Assembly: GCA_038135995.1 (NCBI GenBank)
Contig: JAYPYO010000003.1
Coordinates: 20,854 to 84,853 of the forward strand
Length of the DNA stretch: 64,000 nucleotides
Direction of reading: 5' to 3'
DNA from: Porticoccaceae bacterium
GTDB lineage: Bacteria; Pseudomonadota; Gammaproteobacteria; Pseudomonadales; Porticoccaceae
Shown: positions 47,466 to 57,356 of the stretch, one piece after another
Layout: the number at the start of each line of letters is the position of its first letter
How positions within the stretch are numbered: position 1 is the stretch's first letter
The notes under the pieces: generated by a model
Database searches by the model: none
Seen by the model: only the letters and a program-made list of their open reading frames with translations
Told to the model about the DNA's origin: nothing
Translations under genes and position numbers: made by a program

Positions 47466-48688
47466 GTGCTCTACAGCAGTTAATGCCTATAATAATGCTA
47501 CTGAGCATAGCCATTGCCAGCCCAGCACAGGCTCACAATCGAAGTCAGTCTTTCTCAGTCTGGACCATTGATCAACAGCAGTTAACCATGCTGTACACAG
47601 TCAAAGCGCGCGAGGCCACAAGGTTTCAACCCCGCCTGGCAACCAGGGAAGCTTCTCTGACCAATCATCTGGAGCAAACTATTCAAGTCTCTCAGGCCGG
47701 TGTCCACTGCGCACCAGCGGCGCCTTTTCAGGCCATGGCAGCACAACCAGGTTATTTGCGGATAGCCGCCAGCTTCAACTGCCCGCAGAACCCAAAAACC
47801 AGCCCGCCAGAGATTCAAATTGCCAGTTTTTTCAGCCTGGTGTCATCACATATTCACTATGCTCGATTGGCCATGGGAAAACAGATACCACAGGAGTACC
47901 TGTTTACTGAGGGGCGTCAGCAGCAATCTATTGAGCTGGGAGATACCAGCCAGATCAAGACTGTAGAGCAGGTGCTTCTCCAGTATGTCGTGCTAGGTAC
48001 AGAGCATATTTTCACTGGCTACGATCATATTGCCTTTCTGCTGGCCCTGCTGCTTATGCTGCGCAGCCTGCGTGATATTGTCTGGCTAGTATCCGGCTTT
48101 ACCCTGGGACACAGTATTACTCTGAGCCTTGCTGTGCTCGGCTGGATTAGTCCCGAAACCACAATTGTCGAGGCGCTTATTGGTTTTACCATTGCTCTGG
48201 TAGCGGCAGAGAATATTGGCTCTAAAACTGGCGCTAACCGACCCATCGCCTATGGCGCAGCTGCAGCGCTTGGGCTGATGCTGCTGTTATCACTGACCGG
48301 GTTGATGACTTCATCTCTGCCACTGATCACCCTGGTGGGTTTAATAATCTTCACCCTGAGTTACCTGCCCGCCAACGGCGAATTCAGCACCTTTAAAATG
48401 CGCCCAGCCCTGAGTCTGGCTTTTGGACTGATCCATGGCTTTGGTTTTGCCGCCATTTTGCAGGAAGTAGGCCTACCAAAAGAGCAGCTGTGGCCGGCGC
48501 TGCTAGGTTTTAATATAGGGGTAGAATTGGGACAACTGCTGATTGTCGCCGCCCTCTGGTTAATTTACCTGAGATTTAAAAAAAACAAAGAATTTACCGG
48601 TTCCACGGCAGACCTCTGCTCGGCGGCACTCTGTGGCTTGGGGCTGTTTTGGTTTGTCGCCCGCAGCTATGGGCCAACCATTGGCTAA
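47462..48688 (+). CDS. HupE/UreJ-family membrane protein with an N-terminal periplasmic domain
   Basis: Signal peptide then AH; GTEHIFTGYDHIAFL, FTLGHSITL, FGLIHGFGFA, FNIGVELGQ. Confidence 0.85.
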   Translation: MSALQQLMPIIMLLSIAIASPAQAHNRSQSFSVWTIDQQQLTMLYTVKAREATRFQPRLATREASLTNHLEQTIQVSQAGVHCAPAAPFQAMAAQPGYLRIAASFNCPQNPKTSPPEIQIASFFSLVSSHIHYARLAMGKQIPQEYLFTEGRQQQSIELGDTSQIKTVEQVLLQYVVLGTEHIFTGYDHIAFLLALLLMLRSLRDIVWLVSGFTLGHSITLSLAVLGWISPETTIVEALIGFTIALVAAENIGSKTGANRPIAYGAAAALGLMLLLSLTGLMTSSLPLITLVGLIIFTLSYLPANGEFSTFKMRPALSLAFGLIHGFGFAAILQEVGLPKEQLWPALLGFNIGVELGQLLIVAALWLIYLRFKKNKEFTGSTADLCSAALCGLGLFWFVARSYGPTIG

Positions 48689-48716
48689 CAAATAAAAAGG
48701 ATAACAGGAGGACTGC

Positions 48717-50996
48717 ATGATGTTACAACGGGTACTTATGATCACTGGCGGAGTGGCAGCTGTGGCTGTGATTTTTTTCTCTGGCTTGGCGCCAGATGCA
48801 AGCTATAGGCTATTGCCCGGTTACTTTCCGGATCCGGATCAGGCCTGGAGTGAAACGCCTCTGGAATTTGGACAGGTCAGCGAGACCAAGCTGCCGGCAG
48901 AGGTCGTAGGCCAGCGAGCCATCGGCGCCACAAGAGACGACAAGCAGATACTGTTTGGTGATACCCATGTACACACCACCAATTCAGCTGACGCCTTTAT
49001 GTACAGCTTGCCCATGATGCACGGTGCCTCGGGCGCCTATCCACCCGCCTATGCCTGTGACTATGCGCGCTTTGTGTCACAGCTGGATTTCTACTTTCTT
49101 ACCGATCACGCCGAGAGCTTTACCCCGCGCCAGTGGCGCGATGGCATAGACTCAGTGCAGCAGTGCAATCGCCTGGCTGGCGACCCTGACAACCCTGATA
49201 TTGCTGCTTTTGTCGGCTGGGAATGGACTCAGGTAGGCGGCACTGCAGAGAATCACTACGGCCACCATAATGTGCTGTTTAAGGATGACAGCACCGACCT
49301 GCTTCCGACACGACCCATAGCCTCTGTGGGTGTGGGCGTTGCCACAGTGGCCGCTCGCTCGGGCTCCGGTAAACAGTCCAGCCTGCTGGGGCTGCTAGAT
49401 CCGCGTCACCGCGACTATTATGCCTCCTACAATGACTGGGTAATGCAAATGGCCGCTGTGCCCGCCTGTGATCCAGACACTCCCAGCCCAGAGCTACCGG
49501 CGGAGTGCTACGAAACTGCTGCCACTCCGGGTCAGCTATTCGCCAAGTTAGACCAATGGGGCTTTGACAATATGGTAGTGCCCCATGGCACCACCTGGGG
49601 CTTCTACAGCCCCCCCAATTCAAACTGGCGCCATCAGCTCACCGCTGAAAACACTGACAATCAAAAGACCCGCTTAATTGAAGTCTATTCAGGCCATGGT
49701 AACTCAGAGCAGTACCGAGACTTTGCTGTTCGCAAGCTCAATGACGCAGGAGAATGGGTCTGCCCAGAGCCCCAAGCAAACTATCTGCCCAGCTGCTGGC
49801 AAGCAGGTGAAATTATCCGCCAGCGCTGTCTAACGGAGGGTACTGATGCTGGGGAGTGCGAAACCCGAGCCATTGAAGCCAGGCATAATTTTGTCCAGGT
49901 GGATGGCATTCAGGGCTTTATGACCGTGCCCGGCAGTACGCCCGAGGAGTGGTTAGATGCAGGCCAGGCCCGTGATATTTTCCTGCCGGCATTTAATTAC
50001 CGGCCACAAAAATCTGTGCAGTATGGCCTGGCCCTACAAAATTTTGATGATCCCGAAAATCCTTTGCGCTATCAATGGGGCTTTATAGGCTCTACCGATA
50101 CCCATTCCGCCCGCGCCGGCCATGGTTTTAAACAGCAACAGCGGCTCAATACCTCTGATGCCACTGGTGTGCGCAGCCCGTTCTGGGAGACTATTTTTGC
50201 CAGTTCCTCGGTAAGGCCAGAGCCTGGCTCCAGGTCCCTGAATGCGGACGAAATTGACCCGGCTAGCGCTAAACTCTATGCCTCGGAATTCGAGCGCACC
50301 ACCTCGTTTCTCAATGTGGGCGGACTGGCCGCGGTGCACTCTCAAGGCCGCAGCCGAGAAGCTATCTGGGATGCCATGAAGCGCCGCGAAGTTTACGGCA
50401 CCAGTGGCCACCGCATGCTGCTATGGTTTGATCTGTTGCAGGCAGGCTCTTCCCTGCCCATGGGTAGCTCAGTTGCCATGGATTCGGCACCCCGTTTTCG
50501 CGCCACAGCCATTGGCTCCTTTAAGCAGTTACCCGGCTGTCCGGACTATGTGGTAAATGCGCTGGAGAAGCGCCATCTGCAAAAAATGTCCCAGGGAGAA
50601 TGCTATCACCCCTCCGATGAGCGCTATGCCATTGAGCGTATCGAGGTAATCAAAATTCGGCCTCAATCTGTGGCAGGAGAACCTATTGCTCCATTGATTC
50701 AGGATAGTTGGCGGCAGTTTGACTGCGAGCCATCGCCCCAAGGCTGCACCATAGAATTTGAGGACCCCGACTTTGCAACTGAGGGTCGAGATGCACTCTA
50801 TTATGTGCGCGCTCTAGAAGAACCCATAGCAACCATTAATGGCGGCAATCTACGCACCAGTTTCGATGAAAATGGTCAGGCGGTGGATACAGATATGTGC
50901 TTTGGTGACTACCGGGTGGATATAGCTGACGAATGCCATCAAAACCAAAGCCAGAGAGCCTGGTCGTCACCTATCTTTGTCGACTTTAAACAATAA
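48717..50996 (+). CDS. DUF3604-family protein (PHP-like metallohydrolase fold), exported
   Basis: LFGDTHVHT, LTDHAE, WEWT, VPHG, IEVYSGHGNSE, GFIGSTDTH, EVYGTSG.R, YYVRALE, RAWSSPIF. Confidence 0.85.
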   Translation: MMLQRVLMITGGVAAVAVIFFSGLAPDASYRLLPGYFPDPDQAWSETPLEFGQVSETKLPAEVVGQRAIGATRDDKQILFGDTHVHTTNSADAFMYSLPMMHGASGAYPPAYACDYARFVSQLDFYFLTDHAESFTPRQWRDGIDSVQQCNRLAGDPDNPDIAAFVGWEWTQVGGTAENHYGHHNVLFKDDSTDLLPTRPIASVGVGVATVAARSGSGKQSSLLGLLDPRHRDYYASYNDWVMQMAAVPACDPDTPSPELPAECYETAATPGQLFAKLDQWGFDNMVVPHGTTWGFYSPPNSNWRHQLTAENTDNQKTRLIEVYSGHGNSEQYRDFAVRKLNDAGEWVCPEPQANYLPSCWQAGEIIRQRCLTEGTDAGECETRAIEARHNFVQVDGIQGFMTVPGSTPEEWLDAGQARDIFLPAFNYRPQKSVQYGLALQNFDDPENPLRYQWGFIGSTDTHSARAGHGFKQQQRLNTSDATGVRSPFWETIFASSSVRPEPGSRSLNADEIDPASAKLYASEFERTTSFLNVGGLAAVHSQGRSREAIWDAMKRREVYGTSGHRMLLWFDLLQAGSSLPMGSSVAMDSAPRFRATAIGSFKQLPGCPDYVVNALEKRHLQKMSQGECYHPSDERYAIERIEVIKIRPQSVAGEPIAPLIQDSWRQFDCEPSPQGCTIEFEDPDFATEGRDALYYVRALEEPIATINGGNLRTSFDENGQAVDTDMCFGDYRVDIADECHQNQSQRAWSSPIFVDFKQ

Positions 50997-51008
50997 TCAG
51001 GGGGAAAT

Positions 51009-51812
51009 ATGTCCACAGCACTAGTTACAGGCGCATCCGACGGCATAGGCCTGGAGTTTTGCAAAATTTTGGCCCGCCGCGGCTATGATCTTATTCTGGT
51101 GGCTCGTCGCGAGGCGGTGCTCAATGAAATCAGCGCAACTTTGATGACAGACCACGGGATTAGATGCACCGTTATTAGCAGTGATTTATCCAAATCAAAC
51201 GCTGCGCAAAGCCTATTTAAGGCCATTCAGAAGCAAGAGCTTCAGGTCGATTTTTTAATTAATAACGCAGGCCTGCTGCACAATGGCTTTTTTACCCATT
51301 TAAAGCTGGCTGACCAGGAAAAAATGATGAGGGTCAATATGATGGCACTGACCTCTCTGTGCCATCTGTTTGCCAATGATATGGCCGCCCGACAGGGAGG
51401 GCATATTCTCAATGTCGCCTCTCTGGCCGCCTGGATGCCCATACCCAATCAAAATATCTATGCGGCCACCAAAGCCTTTGTGCTGTCCTTCACCCAGGCA
51501 CTGCACAATGAGCTTAAAGCGGCGGGTACTGGTGTCACAGTCACTGCGCTCTGCCCCGGCTATACAGCAACCAAGATGATGGACAACCCCCAACAGGGCG
51601 CCAAACTGGCGATTCCTGACAGCATGATGCAGTCGGCTGCAGATGTGGCGGAACAGGGAATTAATGCCTGCCTCAAAGGCAAGGCAACCTGGATTCCAGG
51701 TTTTTCAAATCGGTTTACGGCGGCCATCACTCACCTGTTTTCAAAAATGGCACTGGCCCGGGTTGCAGGGAGCTTTTACCGCAAGAATTTAAGTCAATTC
51801 TCCTCACAATAA
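51009..51812 (+). CDS. Short-chain dehydrogenase/reductase
   Basis: TGASDGIG, LVARR, LINNAG, NVASLA, YAATK. Confidence 0.9.
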   Translation: MSTALVTGASDGIGLEFCKILARRGYDLILVARREAVLNEISATLMTDHGIRCTVISSDLSKSNAAQSLFKAIQKQELQVDFLINNAGLLHNGFFTHLKLADQEKMMRVNMMALTSLCHLFANDMAARQGGHILNVASLAAWMPIPNQNIYAATKAFVLSFTQALHNELKAAGTGVTVTALCPGYTATKMMDNPQQGAKLAIPDSMMQSAADVAEQGINACLKGKATWIPGFSNRFTAAITHLFSKMALARVAGSFYRKNLSQFSSQ

Positions 51813-51832
51813 AAACACAAAGGAAAACCAGC

Positions 51833-52807
51833 ATGGCTCAGAAACAACCCAAAAAAGTATTGATCACCGGTGCCAATGGTTTTATCGGCAATCAGCTGAT
51901 GCAGTATTACAAGGCTCAGGGCATTGCCGCCGTGGGTGTTGACCTCTGTGGCAACGGCGATGACATTATCGAGGGCGATATTGCCGAGCCTGAAACCATC
52001 AGTGCGCAGCTTAGGGACTGCGATGTGGTGGTGCATACAGCTGCGCTGGTATCCAATTCGATTGCAGATGCAGATATGTGGCGCGTCAATGTACAGGCCA
52101 CGGGCAATTTGGTGGCCGCAGCTGAGAAATATAAGGTGCGGCGCTTTGTGCAGATTTCGTCCATCGTGGCCTATGGTAATTCGGCTGAGGGAGAGCTGGA
52201 CGAAACCCAGCCGGTACATGCTGATGGTGGCAGCTATGTTCTCACCAAGCTGGCCTCCGAGCATGCAGTGCTCACGGCCACCGCCAACAGCGCCATGGAG
52301 CTGGTGATTATTCGCCCCGGAGATGTCTATGGTCCTGGTAGTCGACCCTGGGTTATTCTGCCTATAGAGGCGATCAAAAAAGGCCAGTTTATGCTGCCAG
52401 CCCAAGGTGAGGGTTTCTTCCGCCCCATCTATATCGATGACCTGATTCGCGGCATTGCCCTAGCTGTATCCACCAAAGAAGCCAGTGGTCAAATTTTTAA
52501 TCTGTCCTGTGAAGGTTATATGACTACCAAGGAATTCTTTAGCCACCATTACCGCTGGATGAACAAGCGCGGACCCCTGACCCTACCCACCAGGCTGACA
52601 CTGATAGCTGCTGCAGCGGCCACCAAAATTGCCGACCTGACAGGCGGAGTTAACGAGGCCTCAACGGCGACTGTGACTCAGCTCTGCACCAAAAGCTGGT
52701 TCAGTATTGCCAAGGCTGAGAAAATACTGGGCTGGAAACCAGAGATGCCCTTTGAGGAGGGGATGCAGCGTTCGAAAACCTGGGCTCAGCAACAGGGTCT
52801 TATTTAA
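51833..52807 (+). CDS. NAD-dependent epimerase/dehydratase (extended SDR, 3beta-HSD-like)
   Basis: TGANGFIG, VVHTAA, NVQAT, ISSIVAYG, YVLTK..SE, IRPGDVYGPG. Confidence 0.88.
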   Translation: MAQKQPKKVLITGANGFIGNQLMQYYKAQGIAAVGVDLCGNGDDIIEGDIAEPETISAQLRDCDVVVHTAALVSNSIADADMWRVNVQATGNLVAAAEKYKVRRFVQISSIVAYGNSAEGELDETQPVHADGGSYVLTKLASEHAVLTATANSAMELVIIRPGDVYGPGSRPWVILPIEAIKKGQFMLPAQGEGFFRPIYIDDLIRGIALAVSTKEASGQIFNLSCEGYMTTKEFFSHHYRWMNKRGPLTLPTRLTLIAAAAATKIADLTGGVNEASTATVTQLCTKSWFSIAKAEKILGWKPEMPFEEGMQRSKTWAQQQGLI

Positions 52808-52810
52808 TAA

Positions 52811-53833
52811 TCACTGATCGCTGCGGTAGGAACCTGCGGTGCGGCCAGTCCACTGTTTAAAGCTGCGATAAAAAGACCGCGCCTCGGCATAGCCCAGCTC
52901 GTAGGCAATGCTCTCTAGGTTGAGTTGGGTGTTTTTCAGGTAGTACAGGGCCAACTCCAGACGCAGCTCATTTAGCACATCGCTGTAATGTGTGCCCTCT
53001 TCCCCCAGCTTGCGCTGCAAGGTGCGACTGCTCATGCCCAGCTTTTCGGCTATCACTGTGCTTGACGGGGTCTGCTGTTTCAGCATCAATCGCAATAGGC
53101 TCTTCACCTGATCGGACACCCGATGATGCTGGGTGATCTCTGCTAAAAGACGCGTGGCGTGCTCCAGCAACATCTCGAGTAATTTTTCATTGGCCTGGGG
53201 CAGTGGCACATCCAACTCTGACTCTTTAATGCGCAGGCCACTGGCGGGCTGGTTAAAAAGCACCTCACAGCCAAACACCTCAGTGTAGTCCATCAACAAG
53301 GCAGGGTCAGCCGGTGGTTCATGCTCAAACCAAACCTGATCATGGGGTGCAAAATTGAGAAAATTCCGCGCATAGGTCACCCATGAGCCCAGCACATGCT
53401 CAACCTCATGACGTTTGGCCTGGGGGCTACTAAATTTGCAGTGCCAGCGCTGCAAGGCAAAACCATCAGCGATTTCTACACTGGTCACACCCATATCGCC
53501 GACAAGTTTTTCATAGATAGGAATCTTGGCCTGGATCATGCGCAATGTAGAGCAATTCATGCAAATATAGCCCAGTACCGAATAGGACGAGGGCTCGATA
53601 AACTGGGAGGCATGCAGACCAAAACACTGGTCGCCGCTCACCCCAATCAGCAGCTCCAGCAATTGTTCCATAGCAGCGGCGGAAATATGGTTATTATTGT
53701 CTGCCAGTATTTCTACATCTATGCCGACCTGCTCCAGTAACGGCAAATAATCTACCCCGCAAGCCTGCGCCGATTTAAGATATTGATTGATAGCAGGCAC
53801 TGAGGCCAGATTATTACCGCTGGTTTCCAACAT
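52811..53833 (-). CDS. AraC-family regulator (Arabinose_bd_2 / OruR-like N-terminal domain)
   Basis: C-terminal IAEKLGMSSRTLQRKL..EG, IAYELGYAEARSFYRSFKQWTG.T.G.YR. Confidence 0.92.
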   Translation of the reverse strand: MLETSGNNLASVPAINQYLKSAQACGVDYLPLLEQVGIDVEILADNNNHISAAAMEQLLELLIGVSGDQCFGLHASQFIEPSSYSVLGYICMNCSTLRMIQAKIPIYEKLVGDMGVTSVEIADGFALQRWHCKFSSPQAKRHEVEHVLGSWVTYARNFLNFAPHDQVWFEHEPPADPALLMDYTEVFGCEVLFNQPASGLRIKESELDVPLPQANEKLLEMLLEHATRLLAEITQHHRVSDQVKSLLRLMLKQQTPSSTVIAEKLGMSSRTLQRKLGEEGTHYSDVLNELRLELALYYLKNTQLNLESIAYELGYAEARSFYRSFKQWTGRTAGSYRSDQ

Positions 53834-53894
53834 AAGTCTGTTTATTATCCTGTTACTGAATACTGCGCATCAAGCCTGTGGCTGACCGAAATAG

Positions 53895-53976
53895 TGACTC
53901 AGCTGTCGTACTGCGACAGTGATCATTTTCACCGTCGCTTTATTATGGACATTATTGAATATAGTATGACTCAGCT
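53895..53976. promoter_or_regulatory. Direct repeat TGACTCAGCT x2 in the AraC divergent region (candidate operator)
   Basis: Exact 10-mer at 53895-53904 and 53967-53976. Confidence 0.3.
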
Positions 53977-54087
53977 CTGTAGTTTAGGGTAGACCCCTAA
54001 CCTCTTAACATTGACAGAGTATAGTCACCAGAGGGCGTTTTCTCCTGCGCCCTATAACTAAAAATAATACCGATAAAGGTGGGTAAT

Positions 54088-55707
54088 ATGCGACTCTGGA
54101 ATGGCTGGGGAAATGAAGATAGCGAGCTAAAGATGGACCTTAACAGCGGCTTGAAGATGCTGCTTGGGGCCCTGGTGGGACCCGGAGTCTCACTACCTCA
54201 GGCCAGTCTACAAGAGGTCGTAGCCAAGGTGCCAAAGTCGCGACTCGATACTCACCCGCTTATAAGTTTAGACCCGGAGACAAGAGTCCGTCATGCCCGT
54301 GGCCAGAGTCTGCCCGACTGGCTGGCAATGCGCAGCGGTGAAGTTGACAGCTTTCCCGATGGTGTGGCGCTGCCGGAGTCCAGCCAGCAGGTGCGCGAAT
54401 TACTGCAGTATGCAGCGGATCACAATATCGAGGTAATTCCCTATGGCGGCGGCACCTCGGTGGTTGGGCATATTAACCCCAACGCCAGTCAGCGGCCCGT
54501 GCTAACTATCAGTATGGCAAACATGAACCAGTTGCTTGATCTCGACCCTGTCAGCCAGCTGGCTACTTTTGGCGCTGGCACTCCAGGACCGGAGATTGAG
54601 GCTCAACTGCAGGCCAAAGGCTTTACTCTGGGTCATTTTCCCCAGTCCTGGGAACTGTCCACAGTGGGCGGCTGGGTCGCCAGTCGCTCCAGCGGTCAGC
54701 AGTCATTGCACTACGGCCGCATTGAAGCCATGTTTGCCGGTGGCAGCATGGAAACCCTCAAAGGCACCATGGATATACCCACTGTCCCGGCCTCCTCGGC
54801 GGGGCCAGATATTCGCGAGATGGTACTGGGCTCTGAGGGCCGCATGGGTATTATTACCCAGGTGGTGGTGCGGGTGACGCCAGTACCGGAAACTGAGCAG
54901 TTTCAGGTGGTTTTCTTCCCGTCCTGGGACGCTGGGCTCAATGCAGCGCGCAATTTGGTACAGCAGCGTGTCGCCCTGTCTATGGTGCGGTTAAGCAACC
55001 CCTTGGAGACCACCAGTCTGCTGCATATGGGGGCTGGCGAAGATACTGCTGGAGTGGCTGCTCTGGAAGCGGCCCTGGCCGAAAAAGGCATTGGGTCAGG
55101 CAAGGTAATGATGACCTTTGCCGTTACCGGCAGCGCCAAGCACTGCGCCCATGCCAGTGACACAGCCATAGAAGTCTGCGTCCATGAGGGCGGAGTTGCT
55201 GACCAGTCTGGACTGGGTGACAACTGGGCCCATGGTCGCTTCCGCGCACCCTATGTTCGCGACCCGCTGGGCACAGCCGGCTATGCCGTGGATACTATGG
55301 AAACCGCAGTAGACTGGTCAAAGGTAACAGAATCCATGGATAAAATTGAACAGGCTATTCGCACAGGTCTGGCAGATGAGGGTGAGCAGGTGCATGCCTA
55401 CACCCATCTCAGCCATGTCTATGGCCAGGGCTCAAGTATATACACCACCTATGTATATCGCTTTGGCGATAGTTATCAGCAGGCATTGCAGCGCTGGCAT
55501 AAACTTAAAACAGCAGGCGCTGAGCAGATTGTTGCCTGCGGAGGCACAATTAGCCATCAGCATGGCGTGGGAGCAGATCATCGCAACTACTTGCAGGCCG
55601 AGAAAGGAGAGCTGGGTATTGCCGCCATAAACAGTCTCTGCCAACTCTTTGACCCCAAGGGTCAGATGAATCCAGGCAAACTGTTGCCCGATGCAGAGCA
55701 AATTTAA
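54088..55707 (+). CDS. FAD-binding oxidoreductase, alkyl-dihydroxyacetonephosphate synthase (AGPS)-like
   Basis: MRLWNGWG, PYGGGTSV.G, GHFPQSWELSTVGGW, GSEGRMGIIT, SHQHGVG, DPKGQMNPGKL. Confidence 0.82.
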   Translation: MRLWNGWGNEDSELKMDLNSGLKMLLGALVGPGVSLPQASLQEVVAKVPKSRLDTHPLISLDPETRVRHARGQSLPDWLAMRSGEVDSFPDGVALPESSQQVRELLQYAADHNIEVIPYGGGTSVVGHINPNASQRPVLTISMANMNQLLDLDPVSQLATFGAGTPGPEIEAQLQAKGFTLGHFPQSWELSTVGGWVASRSSGQQSLHYGRIEAMFAGGSMETLKGTMDIPTVPASSAGPDIREMVLGSEGRMGIITQVVVRVTPVPETEQFQVVFFPSWDAGLNAARNLVQQRVALSMVRLSNPLETTSLLHMGAGEDTAGVAALEAALAEKGIGSGKVMMTFAVTGSAKHCAHASDTAIEVCVHEGGVADQSGLGDNWAHGRFRAPYVRDPLGTAGYAVDTMETAVDWSKVTESMDKIEQAIRTGLADEGEQVHAYTHLSHVYGQGSSIYTTYVYRFGDSYQQALQRWHKLKTAGAEQIVACGGTISHQHGVGADHRNYLQAEKGELGIAAINSLCQLFDPKGQMNPGKLLPDAEQI

Positions 55708-55727
55708 GTACCCAGAGCGCTAAGGCC

Positions 55728-57323
55728 ATGAACCAAAACTCCTCTCGTAATTCACTGCTAGCTGATATGCGTCAGGGTCAATCCCTCGACTGGGATATGA
55801 TTATAGTCGGCGGCGGCATCACCGGTGCCGGTGTGCTGCGCGAAGCTGTGCGGCGAGGCTACAGAGCTCTGTTGTTGGAACAGCAAGATTTTTCTTGGGG
55901 AACATCGAGCCGCTCTTCAAAAATGGTTCATGGCGGTCTGCGCTATCTGGCGGCTGGCGATATAGGTCTGACTAGGGATTCACTGCGAGAGCGAGAGCGC
56001 CTTTTAAAAGAGGCCCCGGGGCTGGTTGATCGCATTGCCTTTTACTTTGCTCTGGGCAAGGGCAACTTCCCTGGCCGTTTCGCCATGAGCGTTATTCTTA
56101 CCATCTATGATTTTCTGGCGCGCATTCGCGATCACCGCTATTGCAATAATCAGGCGCTGGCAAAGCATTTCCCGGGCGTGGAAACCGAAAATTTAAACGG
56201 CGCCTGTTACTACACAGATGCCATGGTCGATGACTCCAGGCTGGTACTCCGGGTGCTACAGGAGAGCATGGATGAGGGTGGTCAGGCACTTAATTACTGC
56301 AAGGTTAGCCAGTTGCTACTGACTGATGACCAGGTCAGTGGTGTAGTCATAGAAGACCGGGAGCATGGCGCTAGTATCCAGTTAAATGCTCCCGTGGTTA
56401 TCAGTGCCACCGGAGCCTGGGCAGATCGCTTGCGCAATCAACTCAACCCGGAAAAACGTGTACGGCCGCTGCGCGGCAGCCACCTGATTATCCCTAAATC
56501 CATTTGCCCAGTGACCGATGTTCTCACCTCGCTGCATCCTCAAGATAAACGTGGCGTCTATGTCTACCCCTGGGAGGGCACCACAGTCATAGGCACCACA
56601 GATCTTGATCACAATGAAGACCTGGATATTGAAGCCAGTATTTCCCCTGAGGAAACCCAGTATTTACTCGATGGCTACAACGCACTATTTCCTCAAAGTC
56701 CACTGTCCCGCGACCAGGTAATCTCAACCTGGGCTGGTGTGCGACCGGTTATAGGTTCTGAAAATGCTAAGGATCCCTCAAAAGAGCGTCGAGACCATGC
56801 CACCTGGTCAGACAAGGGTTTGATTACCCTCAGTGGCGGCAAGCTCACTACCTTTAGACTCATCGCGCTGGATGGGATTCAAGCTGCCCAAGACAGACTG
56901 CCAGAGCCTAAACCCTTTGAGCATGACCAGGTGTTTAGCACACCGAATATTGCGGCTTCAGCCCTGGTGCCAGAGAACCCGGCCTGGGGGCAGCGCCTGC
57001 TGGGGCGCTACGGAGACCGTGCTCAGGAGATCTTGGCCCTGGCCTGTGTCGAGGAGAGGCAACCCATTGGCGATAGCGAATTTTGCCTGGCCGAATGCCG
57101 TTGGGCGGCGCGCCATGAGCAGGTACAGCACCTTGATGATCTGCTGCTGCGACGCACCAGGCTGGGTATGTGTCTGGCCGATGGTGGAGCTGAGATATTT
57201 GCCCCTGTCAGAGAAATCTGCCGTGCAGAACTGGGTTGGAATGAGGAGCAGTGGCAGTCTGAGCTCAGCCGCTACCAGGATATTTGGCAGCGCTTTTACT
57301 ATTTTCCTGAGCACAAAAAATAA
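55728..57323 (+). CDS. Glycerol-3-phosphate dehydrogenase/oxidase family (GlpD-like) flavoprotein
   Basis: VGGGITG, GTSSRSSKMVHGGLRYL, NATG-like SATGAW, RGSHL, IGTTD, WAGVRP, GGKLTT.R, DLLLRRTR. Confidence 0.88.
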   Translation: MNQNSSRNSLLADMRQGQSLDWDMIIVGGGITGAGVLREAVRRGYRALLLEQQDFSWGTSSRSSKMVHGGLRYLAAGDIGLTRDSLRERERLLKEAPGLVDRIAFYFALGKGNFPGRFAMSVILTIYDFLARIRDHRYCNNQALAKHFPGVETENLNGACYYTDAMVDDSRLVLRVLQESMDEGGQALNYCKVSQLLLTDDQVSGVVIEDREHGASIQLNAPVVISATGAWADRLRNQLNPEKRVRPLRGSHLIIPKSICPVTDVLTSLHPQDKRGVYVYPWEGTTVIGTTDLDHNEDLDIEASISPEETQYLLDGYNALFPQSPLSRDQVISTWAGVRPVIGSENAKDPSKERRDHATWSDKGLITLSGGKLTTFRLIALDGIQAAQDRLPEPKPFEHDQVFSTPNIAASALVPENPAWGQRLLGRYGDRAQEILALACVEERQPIGDSEFCLAECRWAARHEQVQHLDDLLLRRTRLGMCLADGGAEIFAPVREICRAELGWNEEQWQSELSRYQDIWQRFYYFPEHKK

Positions 57324-57356
57324 CTCGCAAAAGCAATAATAAAAATGGTGGTAGTT

